DNA of 64,000 nucleotides. Source: Klebsormidium nitens (taxonomy: Eukaryota; Plantae; Klebsormidiophyceae). Shown piece after piece: positions 9,701 to 21,283 of the stretch (position 1 is its first letter; each line of letters begins with the position of its first letter). A program made the translations under genes and the position numbers. The notes below the pieces were generated by a model that did not search any database, was not told where the DNA came from, and saw only the letters and a program-made list of their open reading frames with translations. The stretch lies in contig DF237183.1 of NCBI GenBank assembly GCA_000708835.1, positions 62,001-126,000 of the forward strand, read 5' to 3'.

Positions 9701-12700
9701 AAACTGCCGGACCCAAACGTCCAAATGATCACATGCTTCACTTAAATGAAACGTCACTGCAGGCGAGCAGGAGCGTCCTCCACCGAGGTGTAAACAAAGA
9801 CTCCAGAAGGAATTGTCAAGCTGATGTAGCATGCCTCGAATGGGACAACTCTGGATGCAGGACTGGAACCCTTGTTACCTAGTCCTGTTACCAGCGACCG
9901 GGGCGCATTTCATACCGTCCCGCCAACGTCGTCCAGCCGTATACAAAGGTGATATAACCAGCGCGGCTCTCTCTGAAAAGGCGAAAGACTCAAATGTAAG
10001 TAAAGCAGAGACCGGGTTCACTCACAGAGCGCCTGCGCGGCGGTGAGGCGCGCCTTGGGGTCCTTTTTGAGCAGCTTCTTGACGAACTGGATGGCCAGCG
10101 GGGACACCTGCGGCCACGGGTGGTCGCGGAAGTCGGGCTTTCCCTTGAGCACCTGAATAAAGGAACGAGATGCAAAAGCAGGGTTAAAAGAGGGATTAGT
10201 CACTCACGAGTCGGACGCTCTCTTGGGTTGCTTAAACGCGATCAACAGCAAATGGAGGAAGCAAACGGCAGTGTCAGCAGGACTTCGGGCTTGCCATTCC
10301 GAACCTGAAGAAACGGGCGAGGCGCATAATCCGCGTGAAATACAGGATCGCTGAATCAGGAACCCAACGCTCTTTCGATTGTTAGTGAACGCGGTCAACA
10401 AGACTTGGAGGAAGCAAAGGTCGGTCAGCAGCAACTCGGGCTTGCCCTTGAGCGCCTGAAGGAAGGGGCGAGATGCAGGATCAGCAACAAACACAAGGTT
10501 ATCAACTTTTGAACGCATCGCTTTCTCGGCTGATAGCGGACCAAATCAAAGGAAGCAAACACCGGAGATTTGGGCCTGCCCGTCATACCCGGAGCGACGG
10601 AACAACACCAGGTTTTAAACGGGCAGAATCGCGTGTTGCGAGGAGCGGTTTTGCGCACTTCGCATGCGTCCAAGCGACGCGACTTAGACACAAACCGTCA
10701 ACGCATTGGGACGTCAAAGCAGCCATTATCAGGGGTGCTAAAATTCGGAGTTCTGAAGGATGAACTCCAGCTTTCGAATATTATGTAGCATGTTAAATAG
10801 CGCCGTAATAAGACTCCAGGTTCCGGATGTTGCGTAGAGCCATGATTCCTCCAAGACTTTCGCTGACCAGCGCCGCACAGGTAGGACCTGACTGTTGTAA
10901 ACACCATCCTTGACTGTGCGCTTGCCGTCATCTTCAGCATCTCCAGAGTGTTTCGATCTCCGGAGGATGAAACCGACCGGCCATTCTAACCCGTCTCCTT
11001 AACGGGTCTTCCCGGTTACTCATGCCCTTGCTGGAAATGCATAATTGAGAGCTTTTCAAACTTCAGCTGCAGCGAGCAAAGGCCCGAAAAAGGCGCACCT
11101 CCTTGAAGATGCCGTCTTCCGTCCTGTCCCAGAAGGGTCGCCGCCCGCACAGCAGAATGTACGTAATGACCCCGACGCTCCACACGTCCGCCTCCGGCCC
11201 CGACTTGCGCTTGAGCACCTCGGGGGCAACGTAGTAGGCGCTTCCCACCACGTTGCTGAACTTTTTGCCTGGCACAAAGAGGAGAAGAGAGAGTCAGCGT
11301 CTGGCAAATGATTTCTTTCGGAACCCGTGAGAGGAAAATGCGGATTCCTAGAAGCCTCTTGGCGGACCCCCTTCGCTGCCCAGCCTCTGAATCGAATGTG
11401 GAACTCGATATCCTCACCCAATCTGAACCGTCGATTGGGGGGATAATAACCAGGGAGAACGTCGCTGAAAGCCCACGTTCTCCATCAAACCATTCCGTCA
11501 GCGCTACACGACACCTGCTAGAGGCAGCTTTCTAGCTCCTTCACACAGAAGCTTTTCCAAGTAGTGGGCAGCACCTAGTAATGGACAGGCCCCCAGCTTG
11601 GTAGTCCAAACGATTGGTGGGGCGGCGTACTTCAGAACTGGCACGTTGCTGAAGGTTGTGCTCAGAGAAAGACAACAGTAGAAGCAAGTTTCTCAGGGTC
11701 TTCGAGTTTTACAAGTTTTAGAAACGGAAGAGAGAAGATAAGGGCTCGCTCATCGTGGGAAGACTTTGGGGAAGAGGACAGGTCAGTTTCTCGACTCCGC
11801 CAGCGTGTCCTCTGACTTCCTTCGAGTGGCCCCAGGAGCGAGAGCTCACAAAACGAAACGGATATCGTTCGGCGCAGATGATGGAGAGCCTCCAAACAGC
11901 GAGTCGGAGTCGCGGTAAGCTACTTAAGAAACTTCGCTGAGTTCGGAACTAGAGAAGGCCCAAAAAAGGTCAGAGGAATCCGCAGATGCCAACGGCGGAC
12001 TCACCCGGCTTGTAAAATTCGGACAGCCCAAAATCGACGGCCTTGAGAGGCGCGTCTTCCGCCTTCGATTTGAAAAGAAAGTTCTGCAGAGCGAAGCACG
12101 ACGGGTGAGTAGCAAAAGAAGCGTGCTTTAAGGAGATTCTAAGGACTCGGACCCCAGCAAAACGCAACGCATAAATGAAGCGGGAAGAAGCGGGAAGAGG
12201 GTCCGGGGCGTGGAACGGATACAAAGGCGGAGTGTTCAATCTTTGTGCGAGCGAATGTAAACACGCATTATTAGCGGGTGCAGGGGTTATCTGCAGCTTG
12301 TTGCGGCTTGCAATTGCGGCTTGCTTCTGGAAGCGGGCACTCCCGTTTTTGCCACGAGGTCTCCTTCAACCTTTGCAGAGACAGAATCTATAACCCAACT
12401 TTTACAGGTCTGGTCACTGGTGTTTGAGATAGGATCTCTCACCTCAGGCTTCAAGTCCCTGTAAACAAAAGACGTCAGCGGGCGTCAGCAAGAGGAAGAG
12501 ACACCACCTTCTTGTAATAATGCAGAAACTCTCGTTTCCGAGCATACTCCTGATCCTCTCTTGCTAGGCGCACGTCAACCCCAGCACAGAAGATCCGTCA
12601 AAACACTGTGTCTTTCTTGACTTCCATAAGTCGTCAGCAAAAGCGCTTCACTATCTGCCCCACAATTCTCCAGACGTGAATTTGGGCGCACTTGCGTCTA

Positions 12701-14746
12701 TTGTACGCTCACTTATCTCAGAAACAGTTTCTGAAACACTGAAGTCCAGTTATGATCCACGCGGGGCAGCCGTAAGTGACGAGAGCAGAATTGGCAGGAC
12801 AATGCGACTGTTGCGGAGAGGTGAGATGCTAAAATGTCGGAAGTCTCACCTATGCACAACGCCAAAGAGGTGACACCGTGCCACCACGTTCAGCATCTGG
12901 CGCACCACCATGGCGGCATCCTTCTCACTGTAGTGCCGGCCGCGCCTGGACACACCAAAATGACACCAGAATTATCTGGACGTCCTGAAGGTTGATCATG
13001 GCGGTGACTACACAAGTGCTTCGTCTGTTACAAGCGAAGTGTTTCAATAGACGGTTTAGTGGTTTCTGGTTAACCCGTCCGACAGAACCTGGTCAATGAT
13101 GGAGGGGGCTGCCTTCATCGGCTCTTCTTGATGAAGGAAAAGTGCTAGAGACTCAAGGAAAAAGACGAAGTCCAACCCACGGAAAGCTTTCAACAAATCC
13201 TACTAGACTGCCAGAACGGATTGACGGCCAATGAAATGATTTGTTATTCGCAATCGCAACAAAGCTATTCACTCGGCAACAAAGCTATTCACTCGGCCGT
13301 GTACCTCGCATATGGAAAAACAAGCATCGCTGCCTCTGGCTTTTGGCAGCGCGCATTTCTTCAGTACAAGAATTCTGCCTGCGCACCCAAAAGACTGCAT
13401 TCCGCCACCGTCAAAGATTTCAAGTTCGCGTGACCCGAACCTCAACGCAGAACAGCAGTTGAGCATGCTTGACTGCGGAGAGCCTGCGATTCGATGACAC
13501 CGCAGCGGCCACGGCCCCACGAAACATATCACTTACTTTGCCAGTATTCTGTCGAGCAACTCGCCCCCCTCGCACAACCTGCGCCAATGAGGGAAAACAA
13601 GGTCACACCTTGGGTAGCACGGAGCAAGTTGGATGCACAAGAATCTTCTCTGATGAAGGTTTGAGGACTGTAGATCACAGTACCAGGAATCACTTGTCAA
13701 AGAGTATCGCTCGGCGCTCCTTCCAACAGCAAGGTGGCAAGCAGAAGTCTGAAGATTCTCCTTCTTGGACTTTCACAGGCCTTGCAGATGGCAGCAATTG
13801 GTGTGTGAGATCTGCCAAGATGGGGTCAGTTTCTTCTCCGGACACTTCCGGACATCTATCCTGGCCTACAAAAGGGTCTGCGCAAAGCGCCCTCCAGCCA
13901 AGAGCGGCTGCAAAGAGCGCGCGGAGCTCACTCCATGACAATGAAAACCCGCTCCGCGTCCTCAAATGCGTCGATGTACTGTACCACATTCTCGTGGCCC
14001 TTGAGAAGGCTTAGAATCTGGACCTCGCGCTTCGTGTCCTCTACGTCCACAGGCGTGGTGAGCTGCGGGGCAAAGGGGCCATTTTAACGTTTAGGGTTTC
14101 CACGAGGGTTTGTATTCTGGGTTGCGGATAAGCGGGGTGCGAAGATGGGAAGAGAAGCCCCCTTGATGGTCTGGCATCTCTGGCAGGTTGGCATGGTAAA
14201 ACGCTGAGACGAGTTTCGGAAGGACTGCACACAACAGCTGTTTCATAAACACTGATACGCTTCTATGACATAGGGCAAGAGCATCTGAAATGTTGAAGCG
14301 TCGGCGCCTAGAAACCGAAAGCTCACTCGATCAAGAAGGGTGTGTCCCGGTCGGAGAAATTACATTAAGCTGGCGCACATACCCGGCAATGACTCCTCAT
14401 GTCAACAACAAGTGCATCTCAGAAATTCAATTTTGGTAAGTTTTGCCACACTCAAGTGTGCTAAGTTCAGAACGTTCTTGTGAGTACCAAAAACGGGCAC
14501 ACCGCTCACCGTCTTCTTGAGGATCATCTTCACGGCCACCTGTTCCTGCGTCTCCAAATTCCTGGCGGCGTATGTGACTCCAAATTGCCCCCGCCCCAGT
14601 TCCTTCCCCCGCACATAATGCGCTTCAAAGTTGCGCTTGTACCCAAACTCAACATTTATGGGGAGCGCCTGGGGGGCCTTCTTCAGGTTGGCGACATGGG
14701 CGGTCACGCCTGACACCGCATCTTCGTGGCTCAGGCACTGGCCCAT
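6749..14746 (-). CDS. CPK28: Calcium-dependent protein kinase, group IV (CPK16/18/28-like), about 510 aa
   Basis: 12 frame-consistent exons: 14746-14510, 14062-13932, 13578-13537, 12945-12850, 12458-12443, 12083-12005, 11268-11099, 10152-10026, 9029-8914, 8470-8363, 7703-7632, 7087-6749. Motifs: MGQCLS acylation site, [46 protein letters not shown] and [23 protein letters not shown] (CPK28-type junction), four EF-hand positions. Confidence 0.97.
10208..10455 (-). repeat. Two decayed tandem copies of CDPK exon 8, each with its own acceptor
   Basis: cag|GCGCTCAAGGGCAAGCCCGAG at 10455, cag|GTTCGGAATGGCAAGCCCGAA at 10304, and the true cag|GTGCTCAAGGGAAAGCCCGAC at 10152; periods 151 and 152 nt. 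The two copies also share tttgcttcctcca and tgttga-cgcgtt. Confidence 0.75.
13257..13296. repeat. Perfect 2 x 20-bp tandem duplication in CDPK intron 3
   Basis: caacaaagctattcactcgg twice in a row. Confidence 0.9.
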
Positions 14747-17700
14747 TGCGACAGCCGCCCAGTGTCAAGCGGCCTGGTGGCCGCCTGTTTTCGGTTCTTG
14801 ACGGTTCGGGCTTTCTTGCTGAAAATCCTTTGCCTCAGGAATCAGCCACAATGCTGACACCTAAAAACTTTTCGACGCGTAGTTGTTGATTCCCACGCTA
14901 AAACTTCTCTAAGTCTCCTGTCAGAGATCAACCCTCCAAATTGAAGAATTCACTAGCTTCGTTTAGACACGATTCCCCGCCCAAAGCGTTAAACAGAGCT
15001 AATTCACCAACTTCCGGAGCTAGTTTACCAACTCTGGGCTCCAATGTCTTCCCCAAACTTTGCCTCTACTGTCGCATTCTCCTTCTGGGGGAATACAGGT
15101 CGTCAAGCGAACATAAAATGTGACCGGTCCTGCAGCAAGCGAGGCTGGTCAGGCTTGATTGACAACTGACCTCGCTATGTATGGCTCCATGAGTCAAAAT
15201 CTGGTACACTTTGGAAGCTCAGCTTTCCGAAGCTGAAACATTCCCAAGCTGAAACAAAGTACTGCATTGCTAACCTAATGTTTCAATCTAAATTCGTACA
15301 TTCAAGTGCATTAAACAAACATAGGTTTCAGATCGGTCCCAAGCAGTAGCCTCTTTCCATGGAGCTGCACTCTTACGGAGCACAAGGAGGCAGAGCTAAG
15401 AACTTTGCACAGAGGTATCTGGCTAGACGGCAGGCATCTTTACACTGAAAGTCACGTGTCCTGAGCGAATTTTACCCCAAAGAATTTTTCTAGCTGCTGT
15501 TGCGTGGTGATCATCAAGGGAGAGGTTGCAAAAATGCAGCTGTGAGAAGTCTCAGAAGATACTAACAATCTCCTAAGATTGGGGAAGACCAGCTCAAGAA
15601 AAGTTGAGGCCCAGATGTAAATCAGTGTCAACTTATGTCCATTGCTAGACAGGCAAGTAAGCGAAGGGAGCCAAGCACTCACCACAAATGCTGCACCTTC
15701 AACAGTACGGTTCCTCGACAGGTCAACGCTGCCGCAGCGGCCAAAGCAGAAGTCAACCTCTCGTGACTGAAAATGTGCCCTCTCAGATAACACAAAAAGC
15801 ACCTGACCCTTCAATACAATAAGAAAAGTTTCCCCAACAGGCGTGCCACACTATATCAGGAAATCTGAGCGCTTAACCTCTGCAGAGCATTGAACTCTCC
15901 TCCCAACATGCTAGTGTAGAAGTTGGCTCCACACAGCAACTAATAAAACATTGTTTGAACAATGAAAATAGGTACCCCCTTATTAAGGCTACAGCACTGA
16001 TCAGCTAGGAAGGACGGCCGTAAACTCCATGATGGCACCATTGGCATGGCCCTCGAATGTTCAGCTGTGGAGGAAGCAGCTGCGAAGCCCTGCATGTGGA
16101 GAGGGGTGCGTACTACACGCGTCTGGGCTGTGCTTCACTTCACAGTCACTGCTGCTGACGTCATCCACACGGACCGGAAGATGAGTGCCTTGAAAGTAGG
16201 GAGCCCCCCCGGCAAATAATTTTTGCTAACAGACTCGCATGCAACTTGTGCTTCTCCTTACACCTGAAGGCTGACACCCACGAGAAGTCCACGTGGCTCT
16301 TCGATCAAATGTGGGCCTGTACGTACTGCAAGTTCAACTTGCCTACCGCGGACCCTAGAGGCTAGTCCTACTGCTTAAATCTGCTAATAGACGTAATAGC
16401 AATGTCGCTGATTCGCCAGCTAAGTACTACTACCTTTGACGAGCTTGGAGTCACCTCTCAGGATCTCTGCGTCGATCACGTCTTAGCTTGGAAAAGCGAA
16501 AATCTTGTCAGAGCGCAGCCTGCTTGAATGCTGATGAAGCTTGCCGATCGCGTGCAACGTGCTGCAAATCAGAAGAGTGGTTGCTGGGGGCCCTCAGTGC
16601 AGGGCCATCCTTAGAGAGCCTGAAAGATTGAAGAGCGGCACCTACGGAGGTAGCAAGGAGATAGCCGCATGAGCCTCATGCTTGGTTGAATTCGATTGAG
16701 GGACTTCAGACAGCCGAAATGCAGACCCAATGCAGCAGATTTCAGCGCATATCAGATTCAATTGACTTTTAAAGGTATATAGGTATATGGATTTGAGTCA
16801 TATGATGTTTCAGCCGACGCGGGCAGCTAGGGTCATGGCATAGTAACCTCTCATGGCGTTTCTGATGCATAATTCTCAGTCTCTTAAGTACCCCTTTCAG
16901 ATCCTAGAATTGGTGCGTATCGTGCTCTCGTGCTCGGCATTGAATATGGTTTGACATGTTGGGCACAGTGCATGCATGACCAATATCTCGGAGGCTCAGA
17001 CGAGGCTGATGCATTTTACAATTACGTCCATATCCGATAATCCAACGTTCTCGTGCCGACGGCGCGGTTTACCGCCTGCGCAAGGTTCACGAATCGAAGC
17101 TTCTCAACGATTCATAGGCTTCAATCCGATGTACATCATTTCGTGAAGCTTGCAGGCGGCCCTTAGATCTGTTGTTTGTGTCCTGTGCACCTTTGCACCA
17201 TGGTCTACTGAGTGACTCAGCGCAGATCGAAGCAAAAGTTTGGCACAGTCCGGATTTTTCTGGGCGAGTCACAGTCGCGTCGCGCCAGCGGCCAATGGCT
17301 GCTCAGTGACTGGTCCTTGAGTCGTCCGAAAACTTCGTTGCTTCACAGGCCATATATAGTGGGCTTTGGCACTGCATTTTGAACGGATGAACGGTCGGCA
17401 ACTGAATGTCGGTCATGTCGACGTTGGAGCCGTTCGAGGAGTAAATTGCTGATCGGCAACAGGATCTGACAACAATGGTTGAGGACGAGAGGAGGGCCGA
17501 TCATCCGTTCAAAGTTGTCAACAATCGCGTTCATGGTTCATAGTCGACTCAGAGGGCAAGGGATTCATATATACAATTTATCGTTACCTTTGAAATGAGT
17601 GGCCCCTTGCGAAGACCCCTCTACGAGAGTCTCTGCAAAAGATAAAGGTTGATGGACGACTAAGCTTGGCATCCTTTGAAGTCTTGCATCTCTTGAAGCG

Positions 17701-18264
17701 TACCTGCGCAACTGGATCCAAGAAAGACAAAATTAGTGCCTCAAATTCCGGTTCCTGCCAGATTTCGACTCCCCCACGATTGTAGCGACTCCTCAAAATT
17801 GACCAGGCATTAAGAAATAAGCATCGACGAGCAACTTGTAAACGGTTTGAACAGACGACTGCTTGCCGACCTGAAAACACTTGCTAGACAATTATAGAAT
17901 TCCAGGAAAATCTCCATTTCATACTCGAACATCGTCTCCTGAACATCTCCCCACACTTGCAAAGATAGCCTCAGCGCAAGATTCGAGGTCTCCGTTCAGT
18001 CTCGTGGCTAACATTCAAAAGCTTGCCGATTACACAATCCAGTCAATAAGGTCAGATGCAGGATCGCCAACGCTGCTGATCGCACCACGTACCATGTTAC
18101 GGAAAGAAGTGACCCTCAGAATTCAAACATGGTTCAACGACAATCAAAAACCTGAGTCCGTTGGAGCATTCAGTGGAACTTAACCTCAGCCGCAGACCAC
18201 CGTGCCTCCAACCTAAAAGACTCTCACCTCAGATCTCACTGTTAATCGTATTCCGGCCCGTAAC

Positions 18265-18726
18265 TCATGCTTTCCCACCATGAACACTCGACCTTGCTGG
18301 TCGGCTGTCCTCTGTCCCCTTCCCTTCTCCAGTCAGCCCCTGCATAAACTTCGCCTTCCCCCCAGGGGTGTTGCCCTCTTGGGTGACGTCATTCAAGCCC
18401 CCAACCTCGCCACCAGAAAGATTGCGGAAACCCCCCCCCTGCTTTCCGTCGTCGCCCTCCGTCAACTCCTGCACTTCCCCCGTCTCCCCCCCTCGGATAC
18501 CACTGAAAATGCCCCCCTCATTTCCCTTGTCTGCGCCATCGTTCTCTTTACCTACCAGGTCTTTGACGCCCCCCGTCTGGCCGCCGGTGATTCCGCTGAA
18601 CAGGCCCCCCTCATTCTGCTTTTTCTTCTCAGTAAGATCGTTGAACCCCCCAGTGCGCCCACCCGTTAGACCGTCAAAAATACCACCCTTAGAACCGGAC
18701 TCCTCGCTTTGACGTTGCTGGTCCAT
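18265..18726 (-). CDS. 153-aa Gly-rich hydrophilic repeat protein (LEA/hydrophilin-like), single coding exon
   Basis: Four 20-aa repeats: GGIFDGLTGGRTGGFNDLTE, GGLFSGITGGQTGGVKDLVG, GGIFSGIRGGETGEVQELTE, GGGFRNLSGGEVGGLNDVTQ. 42 of 153 residues are Gly; no C, W or Y. A plausible 5'UTR intron (gtacgt...ttctcag, 18795-18731) ends 4 nt before the ATG. Confidence 0.8.
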   Translation of the reverse strand: MDQQRQSEESGSKGGIFDGLTGGRTGGFNDLTEKKKQNEGGLFSGITGGQTGGVKDLVGKENDGADKGNEGGIFSGIRGGETGEVQELTEGDDGKQGGGFRNLSGGEVGGLNDVTQEGNTPGGKAKFMQGLTGEGKGTEDSRPARSSVHGGKA

Positions 18727-20037
18727 TTTTCTGAGAAGCGATGAACAGAGATTGTCAGACTATAGGGGCCAAAACAACAAGAAAAAAAGACGTACAGTAG
18801 TTGGGTTGGGCGGATCACATATCAAAATCAATGGGAGATAAAGAGAGCTGTTGCACCAATCAAGTTTGGTAGCTCGATGGCGGCAATCCATTGTACTACA
18901 ATCTGCTGCCGACCAAATGTGCAGAGAAACTTGTAACTAGGCAGGTCCTTAGAAGATGTCAGAGCTGCTTAGCTGGTGTGGAACCTGGCATTAATGGCAG
19001 GCCCCCTGTACTAAACCCTTTCGACAGCACACTCAAAAGAGGCATAGATTTAAAGCTTCAACACAGCTCTTGAATATGGATAAGAATCGAACCAAACCAC
19101 CAAGTGGTCAGCTGCATGCACACAGAAAACGGTGATGTGGCATGCTGGCACGCTTGCACAGCTGCAGGAGAACAGGTAATCTGTGCCTTCGAGTGGATTA
19201 TGCTTATTCACCAATGGTCGCTCCACAAACTTAGCTGAAGGTATCATCACAAGTGCCATGACATAACGTCTGTAATGAACAAATAATCGGCTGGCCACGT
19301 TAGCGGCACTGCATGCAATCAAAACCTCCTCGCTTCACCCTTCAAGCAGCTTGCTGCTGAAAGGTAGAATCTATGCAGCTCACCTTCCAAGCCTTCCCTT
19401 CCGAGTTGCTGAGGGAGCCGGCTAGCAACAAAGCTCAGCTGCTCAGATAGCGGTAGCCTGTTATGGCCGCTGGCGTCTGAAACTTCAACGCGGATTGAAG
19501 CCGGGTGCTTTGCCCAGCGCTTTCCAAACCTTGTCAATCAGATTGGTTGACTTGTGCCATCTGCAGTGACATGTGGCCGGGTGACATGTGCAGCTTTCTC
19601 CGCAGGATTTGTCCACAGCAGACCAGCAGCCAGTACGATACGGTATCCCTGAAGTTGATGTTGGGGCAGATGCGCTCTCGCACTCATGCACAATCGACTC
19701 TTTCAAGTCCGAGCCGGGACTCAATGCGCCTCGGCCGGCCGGCCTGGCCAGATGGCATCTGCATGCACATGAACGGCACGCCGCACGGTCACGCATGTGG
19801 CTGGCCGCGGGCCGGGCCCGCCAAACCCCCCTCGTTGCACGATAAAAACCTCAAACCGGTCGATCCGGCTGTGGCCTACCGGTCGGGTCTTGGCCACGTA
19901 GGTCGGAGCGATCTAGCTGTGCACGTGAACTGCACGCCCGGGCCGCACGCGGAAGCAGGCGCCCATTGTTGCCGGCCGGGCAACATGAGATTGAAGCCTC
20001 CGGAGTCCGCAGCCCGGGGGCCGATACTTGGTAACTC

Positions 20038-20178
20038 CGGGGTGACTTAAGATTCACGAGTCCCGGCCAAACAAACTAAAAACCCTAACCCACATTATCA
20101 CCCGCTCCGCACCCGAACCCACCCTAACCACCATGCTAACCCCACCCGTCCCCCGGGTGCCTATCTTAAGTCACCCCG
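20038..20178. repeat. 16-bp perfect inverted repeat around a C/A-rich spacer with CCCTAA-like motifs
   Basis: cggggtgacttaagat (20038-20053) and atcttaagtcaccccg (20163-20178). Extra pairing between tggtaact (20029-20036) and agttacca (20196-20203). Confidence 0.7.
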
Positions 20179-20501
20179 CTGTTAAGTCACTCTGTAGTTA
20201 CCAGAGTCGGGGGCCGCTGAGGCACGCCGACGTAAATCCCGTTCTGACACGGGCCATGTGGCCCTCGTACCAGTTGGCAGTCGTGGAGATCCGTGGCAGC
20301 CCATGATTTAATTACCGGAACGGGCAATTGATCGGAGCGTGCACATGCAATGCAGTGAGGCTGTGGGCTGACGTCACCGTCAACTCCTGTGCGCCGGGTC
20401 GGCGCCGACCAGCTAGCGGCGGGTGCTGCCGCCGAAGCAACTGCATGTGCACATGGGCTTCCTGTTTTGGCAGTTGTTAACAGTATTTCCAGAGGTCAGT
20501 A

Positions 20502-20767
20502 CCGTACCGCCAAGGGAAATCACACTAAAATAATTATTTTGAGGCCTGTGTGAAAAAGCTGAAACTCAATGGGTCCCCGACTGTGAAAAGGTGAAAGCTT
20601 AAAATCGACGAAAAACGGTGATTTTGGCGACTTTCACTGGGGAAAAGGGTGAAAAAAGCTCTTGTGTGAAATGAAGAAAAATATGTTCAGGGTGTCGGGT
20701 GAAACCTCAGGATGACCAAAATTAAGTTTTTACACCAACAGTAGTGTGATTTCCCTTGGCGGTACGG
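20502..20767. mobile_element. 266-bp MITE, Tc1/mariner(pogo)-like
   Basis: Perfect 26-bp TIRs ccgtaccgccaagggaaatcacacta (20502-20527 and 20742-20767), with TA on both sides (20500-20501, 20768-20769). No ORF. Six forward and one reverse GTGAAA motifs inside. Confidence 0.85.
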
Positions 20768-21283
20768 TACATAGACAGGTCTACCGTCTGTAATATGACA
20801 CAGAATGCGGCACAGCATGATGGATTGCATAAAGTGGGGTTTCCTATTGGTTAAGAGGTCACCTTCTCTCCCGGGGCTCGTGCAAGGAAGTAGGTAGTCC
20901 AGAGAAACTCAGAAAGTCCAGAGAAACTCCTTGAGGAAGAGGGTGTCGATCAGTCTAGCTCCATGTCCGGCACCTTTCGAACACACTTGCAAAACGGTTT
21001 CTGTGGAGTTGGGCCAAAGCTCAGCAATTGAGAGCCCCTTAGCAATGAGAGATTTCTAGTTGGACAGCTACACTTCACCTGTATCTAGGCGGAATTCATC
21101 ACCCATTGCTCCTGTGCAAGCAGCACACCATATTGCCACATGTTCACGCAACTTGTCACGTATGCAGTCCTGCCACAACAACAGCCGCGCCTCGTAAGCA
21201 AAAGACAATTACGTATAGAGACATAGCTCCTTTTGTGGGGGATGGTGGCACAGGGCCACGCTTCTCAAAGGAACTGAGCAGAC

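Noticed and set aside
1726-16304. Identical 16-mer ccacgtggctcttcga at 1726 and 16289
   Set aside because: About one 16-mer match is expected by chance in 64 kb on both strands, and the flanks do not align.
20070-20150. Interstitial telomere
   Set aside because: Only isolated CCCTAA motifs, not a tandem tract. Similar ctaac runs at 28070-28100 are explained as branch-point region.
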